This document shows, piece after piece, positions 1-11,044 of a stretch of DNA of 55,693 nt. The notes beneath the pieces were generated by a model. It worked only from the letters and a program-made list of their open reading frames with translations, did no database searches and was not told where the DNA came from. A program made the translations under genes and the position numbers. Source of the stretch: an uncultured bacterium (GTDB lineage Bacteria > Actinomycetota > Coriobacteriia > Coriobacteriales > Coriobacteriaceae); the NCBI GenBank assembly GCA_905215835.1, contig CAJMRR010000001.1, positions 1 to 55,693 of the forward strand. The letters are read 5' to 3'. How positions within the stretch are numbered: the first letter of the stretch is position 1; each line of letters starts with the position of its first letter.

Positions 1-399
1 GATGCGCCCGCCGGCAAAGTCGTGCGCCACGCCAAAAAACGTCAGGCGCGCCTCGACCTCGCCCGGAATCACCTGCGGTTCGAGCCCCAGCTCACGCAGA
101 CCGTCCAGCAGCAGTGCGGCATTGGATGCATCGCGCGCGGCGCTCGTGCATGTGGTGCAAATGCACGCGGCCCCAAAGGCACGCGCCTCGTCCACAAACA
201 TGCGGCATGCAGCGAGCACGCGCTCGACAGCCGCCTCGCAAAAGCGACCCGTCGCGTCCACGCCCTCGCCCAGGTCGGTAATCTCGGTATGCTTGGACGA
301 TTCCACGATCGCCCCGCCCTCGACCTGCGCCAGCACCAGTCGCGACGACACCGTTCCCAGATCGATCGCCGCCACCTTATATCGTTTGCAATCTGCCAT
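1..399 (-). CDS. Ppx/GppA family exopolyphosphatase, 3' end outside window
   Basis: Not in the ORF track. Minus strand from ATG 399 reads MADCKRYKVAAIDLGTVSSRLVLA...ITDLGEGVDATG...TSAARDASN...PGEVEARLTFFG (ASKHA-fold IDxGT and TSAxRDA motifs); GGAGG RBS; typical eno-ftsB-ppx order. Confidence 0.88.
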   Translation of the reverse strand, partial: MADCKRYKVAAIDLGTVSSRLVLAQVEGGAIVESSKHTEITDLGEGVDATGRFCEAAVERVLAACRMFVDEARAFGAACICTTCTSAARDASNAALLLDGLRELGLEPQVIPGEVEARLTFFGVAHDFAGGRI

Positions 400-419
400 T
401 GCGGGCTCCCCTCCGGGCG

Positions 420-1181
420 CTATTTGCCGTTGGACACGACCGTCTGGCCCTCGACACCGTTAAACCCAAACAGCATGTCGAGCGCCTGGATGTACCACGG
501 GGCGTCCTTACCGACTTCTTCGATTTCCTTGGCAACTTCGCTGGCCTTCTTGGCGTTCGACGACTTCTTGCTCGAAGACGAATCCGAATCGTCATCCAGG
601 CCCTGCACTTCAATCCTCTTCTCGCCGGGCATCACCAGGCCCAGATCCTCGGACGCCGCATCCTTAATGCCCTCCTCCGAGAGCAGTTTGTCGACGCTTT
701 TTTGCAGCTCGTCGTTATATTGCTCGCGAATCTCGACCTGCTTGGCCAAGATATCGCTCGAGCGCTTAGCCACATACAGGTCGCGTACGGGAAAATACAG
801 GCTCACGAGCGCCAGCGCCACCACGATACCGATAAACAGCGGGCGAAGAGAGCCATGTGTAAAGTCATAGATCGCCTTGACCACCGCATTGTCGTTGGCG
901 TAGCGCATAAAGTCCGAGCCCGAAAGACGGCTCGAGGGCCTGCTCGACCTGTCGTGCGTCTGGGCCGAGGGACGCGACGCATGTGTCGAACGTGCCGGGC
1001 GCACCGGTCCATCTGCCGAAGTATTCACTTGAGCATTGGGGCGCGAGGTACTTGTCGGGCGCTGCGTGGAGCGGTCGGCACCGGCGTAGGCGGACCCACC
1101 GAGCTGCACCGTGCGCGCACGGCGAGGCGACGGCTCACGCGAACCGGCGGAATAGTACCTGTTGTCGTAAATCTGATCCAT
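420..1181 (-). CDS. FtsB/DivIC-like septum formation initiator with long disordered N-terminus
   Basis: One TM segment (LFIGIVVALALVSLYFPV), coiled coil, then LGLVMPGE motif; downstream of eno; start moved to ATG 1181 (MDQIYDN). Confidence 0.8.
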   Translation of the reverse strand: MDQIYDNRYYSAGSREPSPRRARTVQLGGSAYAGADRSTQRPTSTSRPNAQVNTSADGPVRPARSTHASRPSAQTHDRSSRPSSRLSGSDFMRYANDNAVVKAIYDFTHGSLRPLFIGIVVALALVSLYFPVRDLYVAKRSSDILAKQVEIREQYNDELQKSVDKLLSEEGIKDAASEDLGLVMPGEKRIEVQGLDDDSDSSSSKKSSNAKKASEVAKEIEEVGKDAPWYIQALDMLFGFNGVEGQTVVSNGK

Positions 1182-1272
1182 GTGCGCCTTGTGCGGTTGA
1201 GGTTTGTTTGCGCTAAGTATTCTAGTTATAGCACGAGCGCCCGCACCGCCTTCGCCAGCCTTTGCTCGACAT

Positions 1273-1304
1273 AAAAAAGGCGCTGAGTCATATGGCCCAG
1301 CGCC
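1273..1304 (-). terminator. Intrinsic terminator of eno
   Basis: Minus strand GGCGCTGGG-loop-CTCAGCGCC followed by T6. Confidence 0.8.
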
Positions 1305-1377
1305 CAATGGTGCTCAACAGCGCCCGGCTGGAGCAAGGCAAATCCGAGTCTTCCCCGCCCCCGCGACCTCCGCGTGC

Positions 1378-2679
<1,302 letters not shown>

Positions 2680-2856
2680 TCACTTGGAAACGTAGTGGAT
2701 GCAAGCGACCGGCTGACCGTGCACCATCGGTGCGTCTCCGTAAGTTAGCCATGTCGCACTTTTTGCATTATGCCCTAAGTTAGCCGAGGGATACACTTGA
2801 TTTTCGAAAAATTTAGCGGGAACGATGAGGCGTGTCAGCCCGTCGTTCCCGCAGTC

Positions 2857-3717
2857 TTACTCCTCCGCCTTTGCGGCATCCCACAGGTCGTTGAGGCCGT
2901 GGGTCGAAAGCTCGGCAAGATCCACGTGGGCATCGGCCGCCATCTGCTCCATCGCAGCCCAGCGACGGCGGAACTTTGCCGTGCTCGCGCGCAGGGCGCT
3001 CTCGGCGTCGATACCCTCCTTGCGCGCGACGTTGACCAGGGCAAAGAGCAGATCGCCAAACTCCATTTCGCGCTCGGGCGAGCCAGGGGCCTCGGCCTCA
3101 AACTCGGCACGCTCCTCGGCGACCTCGTCCCACACATCCTGGACCGTCTCCCACTCAAAGCCCACGGCAGCCGCCTTGCGCGAGACCTTCTGAGCCTGCA
3201 TCAGCGCCGGCAGATGCGTGGGCACGCCGTCGAGCAGGCCCTCGGGCGTGGCCTCACCCGCCGCCACGGCCTTGTCCTTGGCGGCTTTCTCGGCAAGCTT
3301 GACCTCGTCCCAAATCTTGAGCACCTCTTCGGAGCTGTCGGCATCCGCATCGCCAAACACGTGCGGGTGGCGACGAATGAGCTTGGCGTCGATATCGCGC
3401 GCCACGTCGGCCAGTGTAAACTCGCCGGCGTCGGCCGCAATCTGCGCATGCAGCACTACCTGCATGAGCACGTCGCCCAGCTCCTCGCGTAGGTGAACCG
3501 CGTCGTCCGCCTCGATGCAGTCGAGCGCCTCGTAGGCCTCCTCGATCATGTTCTTGCCAATGCTGCGGTGCGTCTGCTCACGGTCCCACGGGCAGCCATC
3601 GGGCTGACGCAGACGCCAGATGGTCTGCACCAGATGCTGCAGCTCGGTCGACGCGTCTACCAGCGTGGACAGATCGCGCGAGCCCTCGGCATTTTGCTGA
3701 GCCATGTGCTGCGCCAT
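2857..3717 (-). CDS. mazG: MazG nucleoside triphosphate pyrophosphohydrolase
   Basis: GCPWDREQTH, EELGDVL, KLIRRHPHVF and second EFGDLLF domain; ATG 3717 after GGAGGAGGAG. Confidence 0.93.
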   Translation of the reverse strand: MAQHMAQQNAEGSRDLSTLVDASTELQHLVQTIWRLRQPDGCPWDREQTHRSIGKNMIEEAYEALDCIEADDAVHLREELGDVLMQVVLHAQIAADAGEFTLADVARDIDAKLIRRHPHVFGDADADSSEEVLKIWDEVKLAEKAAKDKAVAAGEATPEGLLDGVPTHLPALMQAQKVSRKAAAVGFEWETVQDVWDEVAEERAEFEAEAPGSPEREMEFGDLLFALVNVARKEGIDAESALRASTAKFRRRWAAMEQMAADAHVDLAELSTHGLNDLWDAAKAEE

Positions 3718-3719
3718 GG

Positions 3720-4268
3720 CTACTCCTCCTCCATGACCACGTGGCGGAACGTGCCGCCCTCGTAGATACCGTAGCTGTGCGTACCGTCCTTGGGAATGCT
3801 CACGCTGCCGGGGTTGAAAAGCCACAGGCCCGGGTGCGCGGCGCTCTCCTCGTTGATCTTGATGTGCGTATGGCCGTAGACGAGCGCGGAGCCCTCGGGC
3901 AGCGCGGGCGTGTGATCGACGCTGTTGTGCATGCCGGCGCCAAAGACGTGGCCGTGCGTCAGGAACAGCTCGCGGCCGGTCTCGTCGAACAGCGTGGCGT
4001 AGTCGGCCATGACGGGAAAGTCGAGGACCATCTGGTCGACCTCGGCGTCGCAGTTGCCGCGCACCGCAATGATGCGGTCGGCCAGGGCGTTGAGCAGCGG
4101 AATCACGCGCTTGGGGGCGTAGTCGCGCGGCAGGTCGTTGCGCGGACCGTGATAGAGCAGGTCGCCCAGCAGGACGATGCGGTCGGGCTGCTCGGACTCG
4201 ATGGCGGCGACCAGGCGCTCGGCCCAGTATGCCGAGCCGTGGATGTCGGAAGCGATGAGGTATTTCAT
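3720..4268 (-). CDS. YfcE-family metallophosphoesterase
   Basis: SDIHG, GDLLYHGPRN, RGNCD, THGH, GHTH, NPGSVSIPK motifs. Confidence 0.93.
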   Translation of the reverse strand: MKYLIASDIHGSAYWAERLVAAIESEQPDRIVLLGDLLYHGPRNDLPRDYAPKRVIPLLNALADRIIAVRGNCDAEVDQMVLDFPVMADYATLFDETGRELFLTHGHVFGAGMHNSVDHTPALPEGSALVYGHTHIKINEESAAHPGLWLFNPGSVSIPKDGTHSYGIYEGGTFRHVVMEEE

Positions 4269-4322
4269 GGTGGTCCTTTCGGTGGGGTTAATAGGATTGG
4301 TGCGACGCGTCGTTGGCCTGTG

Positions 4323-4808
4323 TCACTCAAATCGCAGTGCCGCGCTCTGAGCCGTCTGCATCACGCGTTGGAGCGGCACGTCATATTCGCGGGCAAGACG
4401 GGCGCAATCCTCGTACTCGGGAGCCGCGCGCTCGCTGCCGTCGGGCAGGGTCGCCACCTTAACGGATACCTCGCCCCAAGGCGTTGTCACCTGCTCGAAT
4501 CGGCGCGGCAGGCAAACGCGTTCCATCACCTGGCGACGAACGGCGTTGGTCGTGGTCTCCAAAAAGATAATCGTCTGTAGGCGCTCGATATCCTCGTGCG
4601 AGCAGATCACCTGCAACTGCCATCCGGGGCGACCCTTTTTGCAGTAGAGGGGTAGCCAGTGCACCTCGCGGGCGCCTGCCCCGCGCAGACGGTCGGCGGC
4701 GTAGGCGAGCACCTCGGGCGACGCATCGTCGATGTCGCATTCCAGCTTGACGATGGTCTCGGGCGCATCGGTCTCGCGAGACAGCGGAGATTTGCTATCG
4801 CGTGGCAT
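4323..4808 (-). CDS. LarC-like (nickel pincer cofactor, DUF111) C-terminal domain only
   Basis: LECDIDD..PE, KKGRPG, FLETTT..VR, TPWGEVSVK, PEYEDC..LA motifs; ATG 4808 with AAGGAG RBS. Confidence 0.8.
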   Translation of the reverse strand: MPRDSKSPLSRETDAPETIVKLECDIDDASPEVLAYAADRLRGAGAREVHWLPLYCKKGRPGWQLQVICSHEDIERLQTIIFLETTTNAVRRQVMERVCLPRRFEQVTTPWGEVSVKVATLPDGSERAAPEYEDCARLAREYDVPLQRVMQTAQSAALRFE

Positions 4809-5155
4809 ACGGTCCGGCTCCTTTCCGCACGGGCTCGTTTTGTTCATCCAAACGCTAGCACATCGCGGGCGGCGCAGGGGCGGCGTCATGGGATAGGTGC
4901 GACTTTTGCTGGGCGCAAGTGCTGGCGCGCTCCAACGCCGGCCCGCTCCATTCAAACGTGTACGTCAGCCTCCAAACATGTCATTTTTTGCAGCTTTTGG
5001 AGGCTGATGTACATGTTTTGACGCGGGGCCGATGCCGCGTGGCGACCCTCGCACGCAACCCTCCTTTCCAGTCGATTTCGATCCCCGGCGTGCCCGGCGT
5101 ATTGAGAGCTGCGCCATTACAATGAAGCGGATTCGCTTGACGCAAAGGAGCCGCC

Positions 5156-6067
5156 ATGTCTGCTTGCCCGCTAGCCGATTGCCACACCCACACCTCGTTT
5201 TCGGACGGGCACGCCTCGTTTGAGGACAACGTCCGCGCCGCTGCCGCGGCCGGGTGCCGTGTCATGGTCTCAACCGACCACCTCACCTTACCCGCCAGCA
5301 TGGACGCCAACTGCGAAGTGCAGGTTACTGAGGGCGACCTGCCGGCACATCGTCTGGCTTTTGAGGATGCTCGCAAGCTTGCCGCGCAGATCGCGTCGGA
5401 GCTCGAGCTTATCTATGGCTTTGAATGCGATTGGTACGAAGGCTGCGAGCCTTTGGTTGAGCGCTGGTCCCAGGGTGCCGTCGTGCGCCTGGGTAGCGTG
5501 CACTGGATCGGCAACCCCGGCGATATCATGGCCGGCGCTGCGGGCACGGCGGGGACGGAGGACGTCGCTCGTCCCGATACGCCCGATTCGTGCTGCGGTT
5601 GGATCGACGATGATACCGACCTGCATGTTTGGGAAAACTTAGGCGTACGCGGCGTGTGGGAGCGCTACGTCGACGACTGGTGCCGCGCCTGCGAGAGCCC
5701 GCTCAACTTTGATGTAATGGCTCACCCCGACCTGGTCATGCGCTTTTCGAAAGAGGGCTTTGCGCCCGACTTTGACCCCGCGCCGTTCTGGGGGCAGATG
5801 GCAGAGTGTGCACACGACGCGGGCCGCCGCGTTGAGGTCTCGACCGCTGCGCCGCGCAAGGGACTCGACGACTACTATCCCACGACCGGGTTGTTGCGTT
5901 GCTTCGCCCACGCCGAGGTGCCGATCACTTTTGGCTCGGACGCACACCGCGCCTGCGACATTTGCTGGAACATCCGTGAGACCCAGGCACACGCCTACGA
6001 CTGTGGCTACCGAACCTTCGACGTCCCCCACCCCACCGGCGAATGGGAATCCACACCCCTCGCCTAA
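5156..6067 (+). CDS. PHP-family histidinol-phosphatase (HisJ/HisK-like)
   Basis: DCHTHT, STDH, GSVH, AHPD, GSDAH PHP motifs; convergent with his operon. Confidence 0.85.
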   Translation: MSACPLADCHTHTSFSDGHASFEDNVRAAAAAGCRVMVSTDHLTLPASMDANCEVQVTEGDLPAHRLAFEDARKLAAQIASELELIYGFECDWYEGCEPLVERWSQGAVVRLGSVHWIGNPGDIMAGAAGTAGTEDVARPDTPDSCCGWIDDDTDLHVWENLGVRGVWERYVDDWCRACESPLNFDVMAHPDLVMRFSKEGFAPDFDPAPFWGQMAECAHDAGRRVEVSTAAPRKGLDDYYPTTGLLRCFAHAEVPITFGSDAHRACDICWNIRETQAHAYDCGYRTFDVPHPTGEWESTPLA

Positions 6068-6187
6068 CCATCCCTTCATAAGTTGCGGTGGAATAGGGAT
6101 TGTTTTGCCTGATGAAGCGCTTAAACAGTCCCTATTTCACCGCAACTTCCATGACCCCGTTACACCAACAAAGACTGTCCCAAACGA

Positions 6188-6505
6188 CTAGTGGCGGCGG
6201 GCGTTGAGTTCGCCGGCAAGCTCGTCGAGGGTGATACCGTAGCGCTCAAGGGTTACGAGCAGGTGGTAGATCAGGTCGCCGGCCTCGTAGCGAATGTGAT
6301 CGTGGTCGTTATCCTTGCAGGCCATGATGACCTCGCTCGCCTCCTCGGCAAGCTTCTTGAGCAGCTCGTCCTCGACGTCGGTCAGCAGGCGAGCGGTATA
6401 GCTCTCCTGCGGCGACGCGTCGCGACGACCGTGAATCACCTCGGCCAGACCTGTCAGCGTCTCACCGATATTTCCATCCTGAACGTTTGCGGTGCGCACA
6501 CCCAT
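6188..6505 (-). CDS. hisE: Phosphoribosyl-ATP pyrophosphatase
   Basis: SYTARLL, KKLAEEASEV, EAGDLIYHLLV. Confidence 0.95.
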   Translation of the reverse strand: MGVRTANVQDGNIGETLTGLAEVIHGRRDASPQESYTARLLTDVEDELLKKLAEEASEVIMACKDNDHDHIRYEAGDLIYHLLVTLERYGITLDELAGELNARRH

Positions 6506-6550
6506 GGTTCAATCCTTTCTGGTGGCCGAGCGTCTAATCGAGCGCCCGCC

Positions 6551-6880
6551 CTACGCGAGTTTCTTAAAGAAGCAGGTACGGTTGCCGGTGTGGCAGGCCG
6601 GACCCGGCGAGTCGACCTTGACCAGCAGCGTATCGCTATCGCAATCGGCCCAGAGCTCCTTGACCTCCTGCATGTTGCCGCTCGTCGCACCCTTGTTCCA
6701 GAGCTCCTGGCGGCTGCGGCTCCAAAACCACGTGGTACCGGTCTTGAGCGTCAGTCCCACCGATTCCTCGTTCATCCAAGCAACCATAAGCACCTCGCCG
6801 GTGTCATACTGCTGAACAACACAAGGAATCAATCCTTTGGCGTCGTATTTAAGATCCGCTGGAGTAGTAATTTCTCTCAT
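6551..6880 (-). CDS. hisI: Phosphoribosyl-AMP cyclohydrolase
   Basis: [28 protein letters not shown]; start moved to ATG 6880. Confidence 0.95.
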   Translation of the reverse strand: MREITTPADLKYDAKGLIPCVVQQYDTGEVLMVAWMNEESVGLTLKTGTTWFWSRSRQELWNKGATSGNMQEVKELWADCDSDTLLVKVDSPGPACHTGNRTCFFKKLA

Positions 6881-7033
6881 TTCAATTCCCCAATTTAAAC
6901 ATCGCCGGTCGGCGAGGGTTGTCCAGGTGCCGCAGGTTGCCGCGAAAGAGGAGCGACGCGTACTTTGGTACGCGAGCGACGGTTTAAGCGGCAAGATGCG
7001 GTGCCTGGGCAAGCCGCAGCGAAGCCCGCAGCA

Positions 7034-7816
7034 TTAGAAGTCCAACCTCACAGGAATACCCTGCGACGCCATATACTCCTTCACCTGGCGAATGCTGAAC
7101 GTCCCAAAGTGAAAGACGCTGGCCGCCAGCACGGCATCGGCCTCGCCCTCGATCACGCCCTCGGCAAAATGTTCGAGCGTGCCCACGCCGCCGCTCGCAA
7201 TCACCGGAATCGGCACCGCACGTGCCACGGCGCGGGTGAGCGCCAGGTCAAAGCCGGCCTTGGTGCCGTCGCGGTCCATACTGGTCAGCAAGATCTCGCC
7301 GGCGCCGCGACGAGCCGCTTCCTCGGCCCACGCCACCGCGTCGATACCCGTGGCGTTGCGGCCGCCCGCCGTGAAGACCTCCCACTTGTCGGCACCCGGC
7401 TCTCCGGGCAAACCGACGCGCTTGGCATCGATCGCCACGACCACGGCCTGACTGCCAAAAGCCGCGGCAGCCTGGCTAATCAGCGACGGGTCACGCACGG
7501 CCGCCGAGTTGAGCGACACCTTGTCGGCACCGGCGGCAACCATGGTCCGCATGCCCGCCAAGTCGCGGAAACCGCCGCCCACGGTATAGGGAATAGCGAG
7601 CTCCTCGGCCGCGTGCGCCGCCATCTCGATGGTCGTCACACGGTTGTCACTCGTCGCGGTAATGTCCAAAAATACGACCTCGTCCGCACCTTCGCGGTCG
7701 TAGGCGCGCGCCAGCTCCACCGGATCGCCCGCATCGCGCAAGCTCACAAAGTTGACGCCCTTGACCACACGGCCGTCCTTGACGTCCAGGCAGGGAATTA
7801 CGCGTTTGGTAAGCAT
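7034..7816 (-). CDS. hisF: Imidazole glycerol phosphate synthase cyclase subunit
   Basis: [30 protein letters not shown]. Confidence 0.98.
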   Translation of the reverse strand: MLTKRVIPCLDVKDGRVVKGVNFVSLRDAGDPVELARAYDREGADEVVFLDITATSDNRVTTIEMAAHAAEELAIPYTVGGGFRDLAGMRTMVAAGADKVSLNSAAVRDPSLISQAAAAFGSQAVVVAIDAKRVGLPGEPGADKWEVFTAGGRNATGIDAVAWAEEAARRGAGEILLTSMDRDGTKAGFDLALTRAVARAVPIPVIASGGVGTLEHFAEGVIEGEADAVLAASVFHFGTFSIRQVKEYMASQGIPVRLDF

Positions 7817-7819
7817 AGG

Positions 7820-8563
7820 CTACTCCTCCCCTCGGACGGTGGCCAGCGCCTGGGCCAGCGCAAAGTTGCCCTCGTAGAGCGCGCGACCGGTAATGGCACC
7901 CTCGATGGCATCCCCGCCCACCGCGGCAAGCGCACGGATGTCGTCGAGCGTCGAGATACCGCCCGAAGCCACGACGGGAAAACCCGCGACCTCGGCCACA
8001 TGGCGATACGCCGCCACATCGATGCCCGTCTGCATGCCATCACGCGCGATGTCGGTATACACCAGATGCTTAAAGCCCAGCTCGGAAAGCTGCGCCACGG
8101 CGTCGTCGAGCGCCACGCCCGCGCCGTCACGCCAACCGTTCACCTTGACCTGGCCGTCGCGAGCGGCGATGTCGGCCACGAGCAGCTCGCCAAAGCCTTC
8201 GGCCGCCACCTCGGCAAAACCCGGCTCGGTCACCAGCACGGTGCCCAGTGCGATGCGGCGTGCGCCGTAGCCTGCCAACTCGTCGATGCGCGCGAGCGAG
8301 CGGACGCCGCCGCCCACGTCCACGGATAGACCGTCGACACCGCAGATGGCCTTGATCGCCGCCGAATTGGCAGCGCATGTGTCCTCATCCTCGCCAAAGG
8401 CAGAGGACAAATCGACGACGTGCACCCAGCTCGCGCCCTGCTCGGCAAACGAGCGGGCAACGGCCACGGGGTCGTCGGAATATACCTTGCAGCGACTGCG
8501 GTCGCCGCGCTCCAGGCGCACGACCTTGCCGCCGATCAGATCGATTGCGGGAAACAGGATCAT
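7820..8563 (-). CDS. hisA: ProFAR isomerase
   Basis: LFPAIDLIGGKVVRL, HVVDL, TDIARDG. Confidence 0.96.
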   Translation of the reverse strand: MILFPAIDLIGGKVVRLERGDRSRCKVYSDDPVAVARSFAEQGASWVHVVDLSSAFGEDEDTCAANSAAIKAICGVDGLSVDVGGGVRSLARIDELAGYGARRIALGTVLVTEPGFAEVAAEGFGELLVADIAARDGQVKVNGWRDGAGVALDDAVAQLSELGFKHLVYTDIARDGMQTGIDVAAYRHVAEVAGFPVVASGGISTLDDIRALAAVGGDAIEGAITGRALYEGNFALAQALATVRGEE

Positions 8564-9261
8564 CGGCCAGCCTCCTCGACGATGTTGACGAAGTTCTTAA
8601 GGATGCGCTGACCCAGCGCGGAGGATTTCTCGGGATGGAACTGGCAGCCCCACACGTTGCCATGGCGCACGATGCACGGGAAGCTCCGCGTATAGTGCGT
8701 GCGCGCCAGCACATCGGCGGCATCGGCGTCGTCGGCCACCGCGTAGCTGTGGGTAAAGTACATGTTGGCACCCTCGGCAAAACCAGCAAGGAGCGGATCG
8801 GCCGCGCCGGCGGGCGTCATGTGCACCTGGTCCCAGCCCACGTGCGGCACCTTCAGGCGGCTCGACTCCAAGCGTGTGCACGAGCCGCGCATAATACCCA
8901 GGCCATCGACCCAGGGACCGCCAGCCTGCTCGGAGGTGTTGCCGTCGGCGACCGCGCCTTCGTCCACCGGCACGCCCTCGTCGCCGCGCTCAAAAAACAG
9001 CTGAAGGCCTAGGCAGATGCCGAGCAGCGGAGTTCCGGCCGCAACGGCGTCGAGCACCGCGTCCGCCTCGCCGCTCTCGCGCATAAAGGCAATCGCATCG
9101 TAGAACGCACCCACGCCCGGGATGACCAGGCCGTCGGCGTTACGGATCTGCTCCGGGTCGTCCGACGTGCAGGCGGCGGCACCAGCGCGCGCAAGCCCGC
9201 GCACGACGCTCGACAAGTTGCCCTTGTGGTAGTCGACCACCACGATCTTCGGTTCGCCCAC
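8560..9261 (-). CDS. hisH: IGP synthase glutaminase subunit
   Basis: PGVGAF, GICLG, PHVGW, QFHPEKS; GTG start with AGGAGG RBS. Confidence 0.96.
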   Translation of the reverse strand: MGEPKIVVVDYHKGNLSSVVRGLARAGAAACTSDDPEQIRNADGLVIPGVGAFYDAIAFMRESGEADAVLDAVAAGTPLLGICLGLQLFFERGDEGVPVDEGAVADGNTSEQAGGPWVDGLGIMRGSCTRLESSRLKVPHVGWDQVHMTPAGAADPLLAGFAEGANMYFTHSYAVADDADAADVLARTHYTRSFPCIVRHGNVWGCQFHPEKSSALGQRILKNFVNIVEEAGR

Positions 9262-9339
9262 GCGACCCTCCTTTTTCCATCATCCAAAACCACCACAAAG
9301 GGGACAGGCACCTTCGTGGTGGTTTTACCCTTGTGACGG

Positions 9340-9927
9340 TTACAGTGAGCCCTTGGTGCTGGGGATACCCTGCACGCGGGGATCGAGCTCGCAGGCGCGG
9401 CGCATCGTGCGGCCCACGGCCTTAAAGGCGGCCTCGATAATGTGATGCGAGTTGCCACCCGCCAGTTCGCGCACGTGCAGCGTGAGCTTGGCATCGCGTG
9501 CGAAGGCATAGAAGAACTCAACGGCCAGCTCGGTATCGAAGCTGCCCACGCGCTCGGTCGGCACGGGCAGCTCGCAGTAGGCCTGGCCGCGACCCGAAAT
9601 GTCCACGGCAGCCATCACGAGCGTCTCGTCCATGGCAATCGCCGCGTCGGCAAAGCGCGTAATGCCCGCCTTGTCGCCCAACGCTTGGCAAAACGCCTCG
9701 CCCAGCACGATGCCCGTATCCTCAACGGTGTGGTGCGCGTCGACCTCAACGTCGCCTACCGCATGTACCGTCAAATCGAACAGGCCATGGCGGCCAAAAG
9801 CGTTGAGCATGTGGTTGAAAAACGGCACACCGGTCGAGATATCGCACACGCCGCTCCCGTCCAAGTCGAGTTTGACGACAATGTCGGTCTCCCCCGTCTT
9901 GCGGGTCACCTCGACATAACGGCCCAT
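9340..9927 (-). CDS. hisB: Imidazoleglycerol-phosphate dehydratase
   Basis: DAHHTVED and NSHHIIEA metal motifs, PSTKGSL end. Confidence 0.97.
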   Translation of the reverse strand: MGRYVEVTRKTGETDIVVKLDLDGSGVCDISTGVPFFNHMLNAFGRHGLFDLTVHAVGDVEVDAHHTVEDTGIVLGEAFCQALGDKAGITRFADAAIAMDETLVMAAVDISGRGQAYCELPVPTERVGSFDTELAVEFFYAFARDAKLTLHVRELAGGNSHHIIEAAFKAVGRTMRRACELDPRVQGIPSTKGSL

Positions 9928-11043
9928 CTACATCTCCTCCTTCACCAGCGCGGCCAACGCAGCCAGCACCTCGTCGTTTTCCTGTGGGGTACCCACGGTG
10001 ATGCGTAGGCAGTCCGCGAGCCCCGGCGCATAGCTAAAGTCGCGCACCAAAATCGAATACTCGTCGCGCAGGCGCTCACGCACGCGCGTGGCATGCGGCG
10101 TGCGTACGAGCACAAAGTTCGCCGCGCTCGGCCATACCTCCACGGGCAGGCCCTCGGCAGCCATCGCGCGCAGGGCGCACAGCTCGCGCTCGCGCTCGGT
10201 TGCGACCTGCGCCACCACGGGCGCGTACGCATCGCGGGCACGCACGCAGGCAAGCGCGGCGGCCTGGCTCAGCACATTGACCGAATAGATCTGGCGAATC
10301 GCCGCGAACACGTCGATGACCTCGGGGGCTGCAATCACATAGCCCAGACGTGTACCGGCGGCGCCGAACGCCTTGGACAGCGTATGCAAAATCACCAGGT
10401 TGGGATGCTCGGCGATAAGGCCTTGCGCCGTGGTTGCCGCGCCAAACGAATCGTCCGCAAACTCAACGTAGGCCTCGTCAACCATCACCATGCCGGGGCA
10501 CGCATCGCACAGCGCCGCGACAAAGTCGAGCGGCGCCACGTCGCCCGTGGGATTGTTGGGCGAGGTCACGATCGCCAGGCCGCATTCGGGCGCCGCCGAA
10601 AGCACGGCAGCCTGGTCGAGCTCAAAGGTCGCCGGGTCGCGCCACACGTCGCGCACCTCGGTCTGACAGAGCGACGCAAAGAACGCATACTCGCTAAAGC
10701 ACGGCGGGCAATTGAGCAGGGTCCGCCCCGCGCCGCCGAACGCCAGCAGGTAGTTATAGAGCAGCTCGTCGCCGCCGTTGCCCACGCAAATGTTCTCGCG
10801 CGTCACGCCATGCCAAGTGGCAAGCTCGTCGCGCAGGTCGTTGGACATGGGATCGGGGTAGCGGTTGAGCGGCGTGGCAACCAGGGCCGCGTCGATCGCC
10901 TCGCGCACGCCGGCCGGCACGGGATAGGTGTTCTCGTTGGCCGAAAGGTTGATGCGCGTGGGCGTAAAGTTGGGATCGTAGGGCTCAATGCCGGCCAAGT
11001 AGGGCTGGACGAGCTCCTTCATGCGGGGCGTGAGTTCGGCCAT
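9928..11043 (-). CDS. hisC: Histidinol-phosphate aminotransferase
   Basis: LSANEN, NRYP, PNNPTG, DEAY, TLSKAFG; start moved to ATG 11043. Confidence 0.96.
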   Translation of the reverse strand: MAELTPRMKELVQPYLAGIEPYDPNFTPTRINLSANENTYPVPAGVREAIDAALVATPLNRYPDPMSNDLRDELATWHGVTRENICVGNGGDELLYNYLLAFGGAGRTLLNCPPCFSEYAFFASLCQTEVRDVWRDPATFELDQAAVLSAAPECGLAIVTSPNNPTGDVAPLDFVAALCDACPGMVMVDEAYVEFADDSFGAATTAQGLIAEHPNLVILHTLSKAFGAAGTRLGYVIAAPEVIDVFAAIRQIYSVNVLSQAAALACVRARDAYAPVVAQVATERERELCALRAMAAEGLPVEVWPSAANFVLVRTPHATRVRERLRDEYSILVRDFSYAPGLADCLRITVGTPQENDEVLAALAALVKEEM

Positions 11044-11044
11044 T

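Noticed and set aside
2..870. Plus-strand ORFs 2-463 and 22-870
   Set aside because: Real genes are on the minus strand (ppx fragment, ftsB-like)
2816..2826. Weak CGGT-N3-CGGT-like matches near eno, 23119 and 26935
   Set aside because: 7-8 of 11 matches and off-register spacing; expected by chance at this GC content
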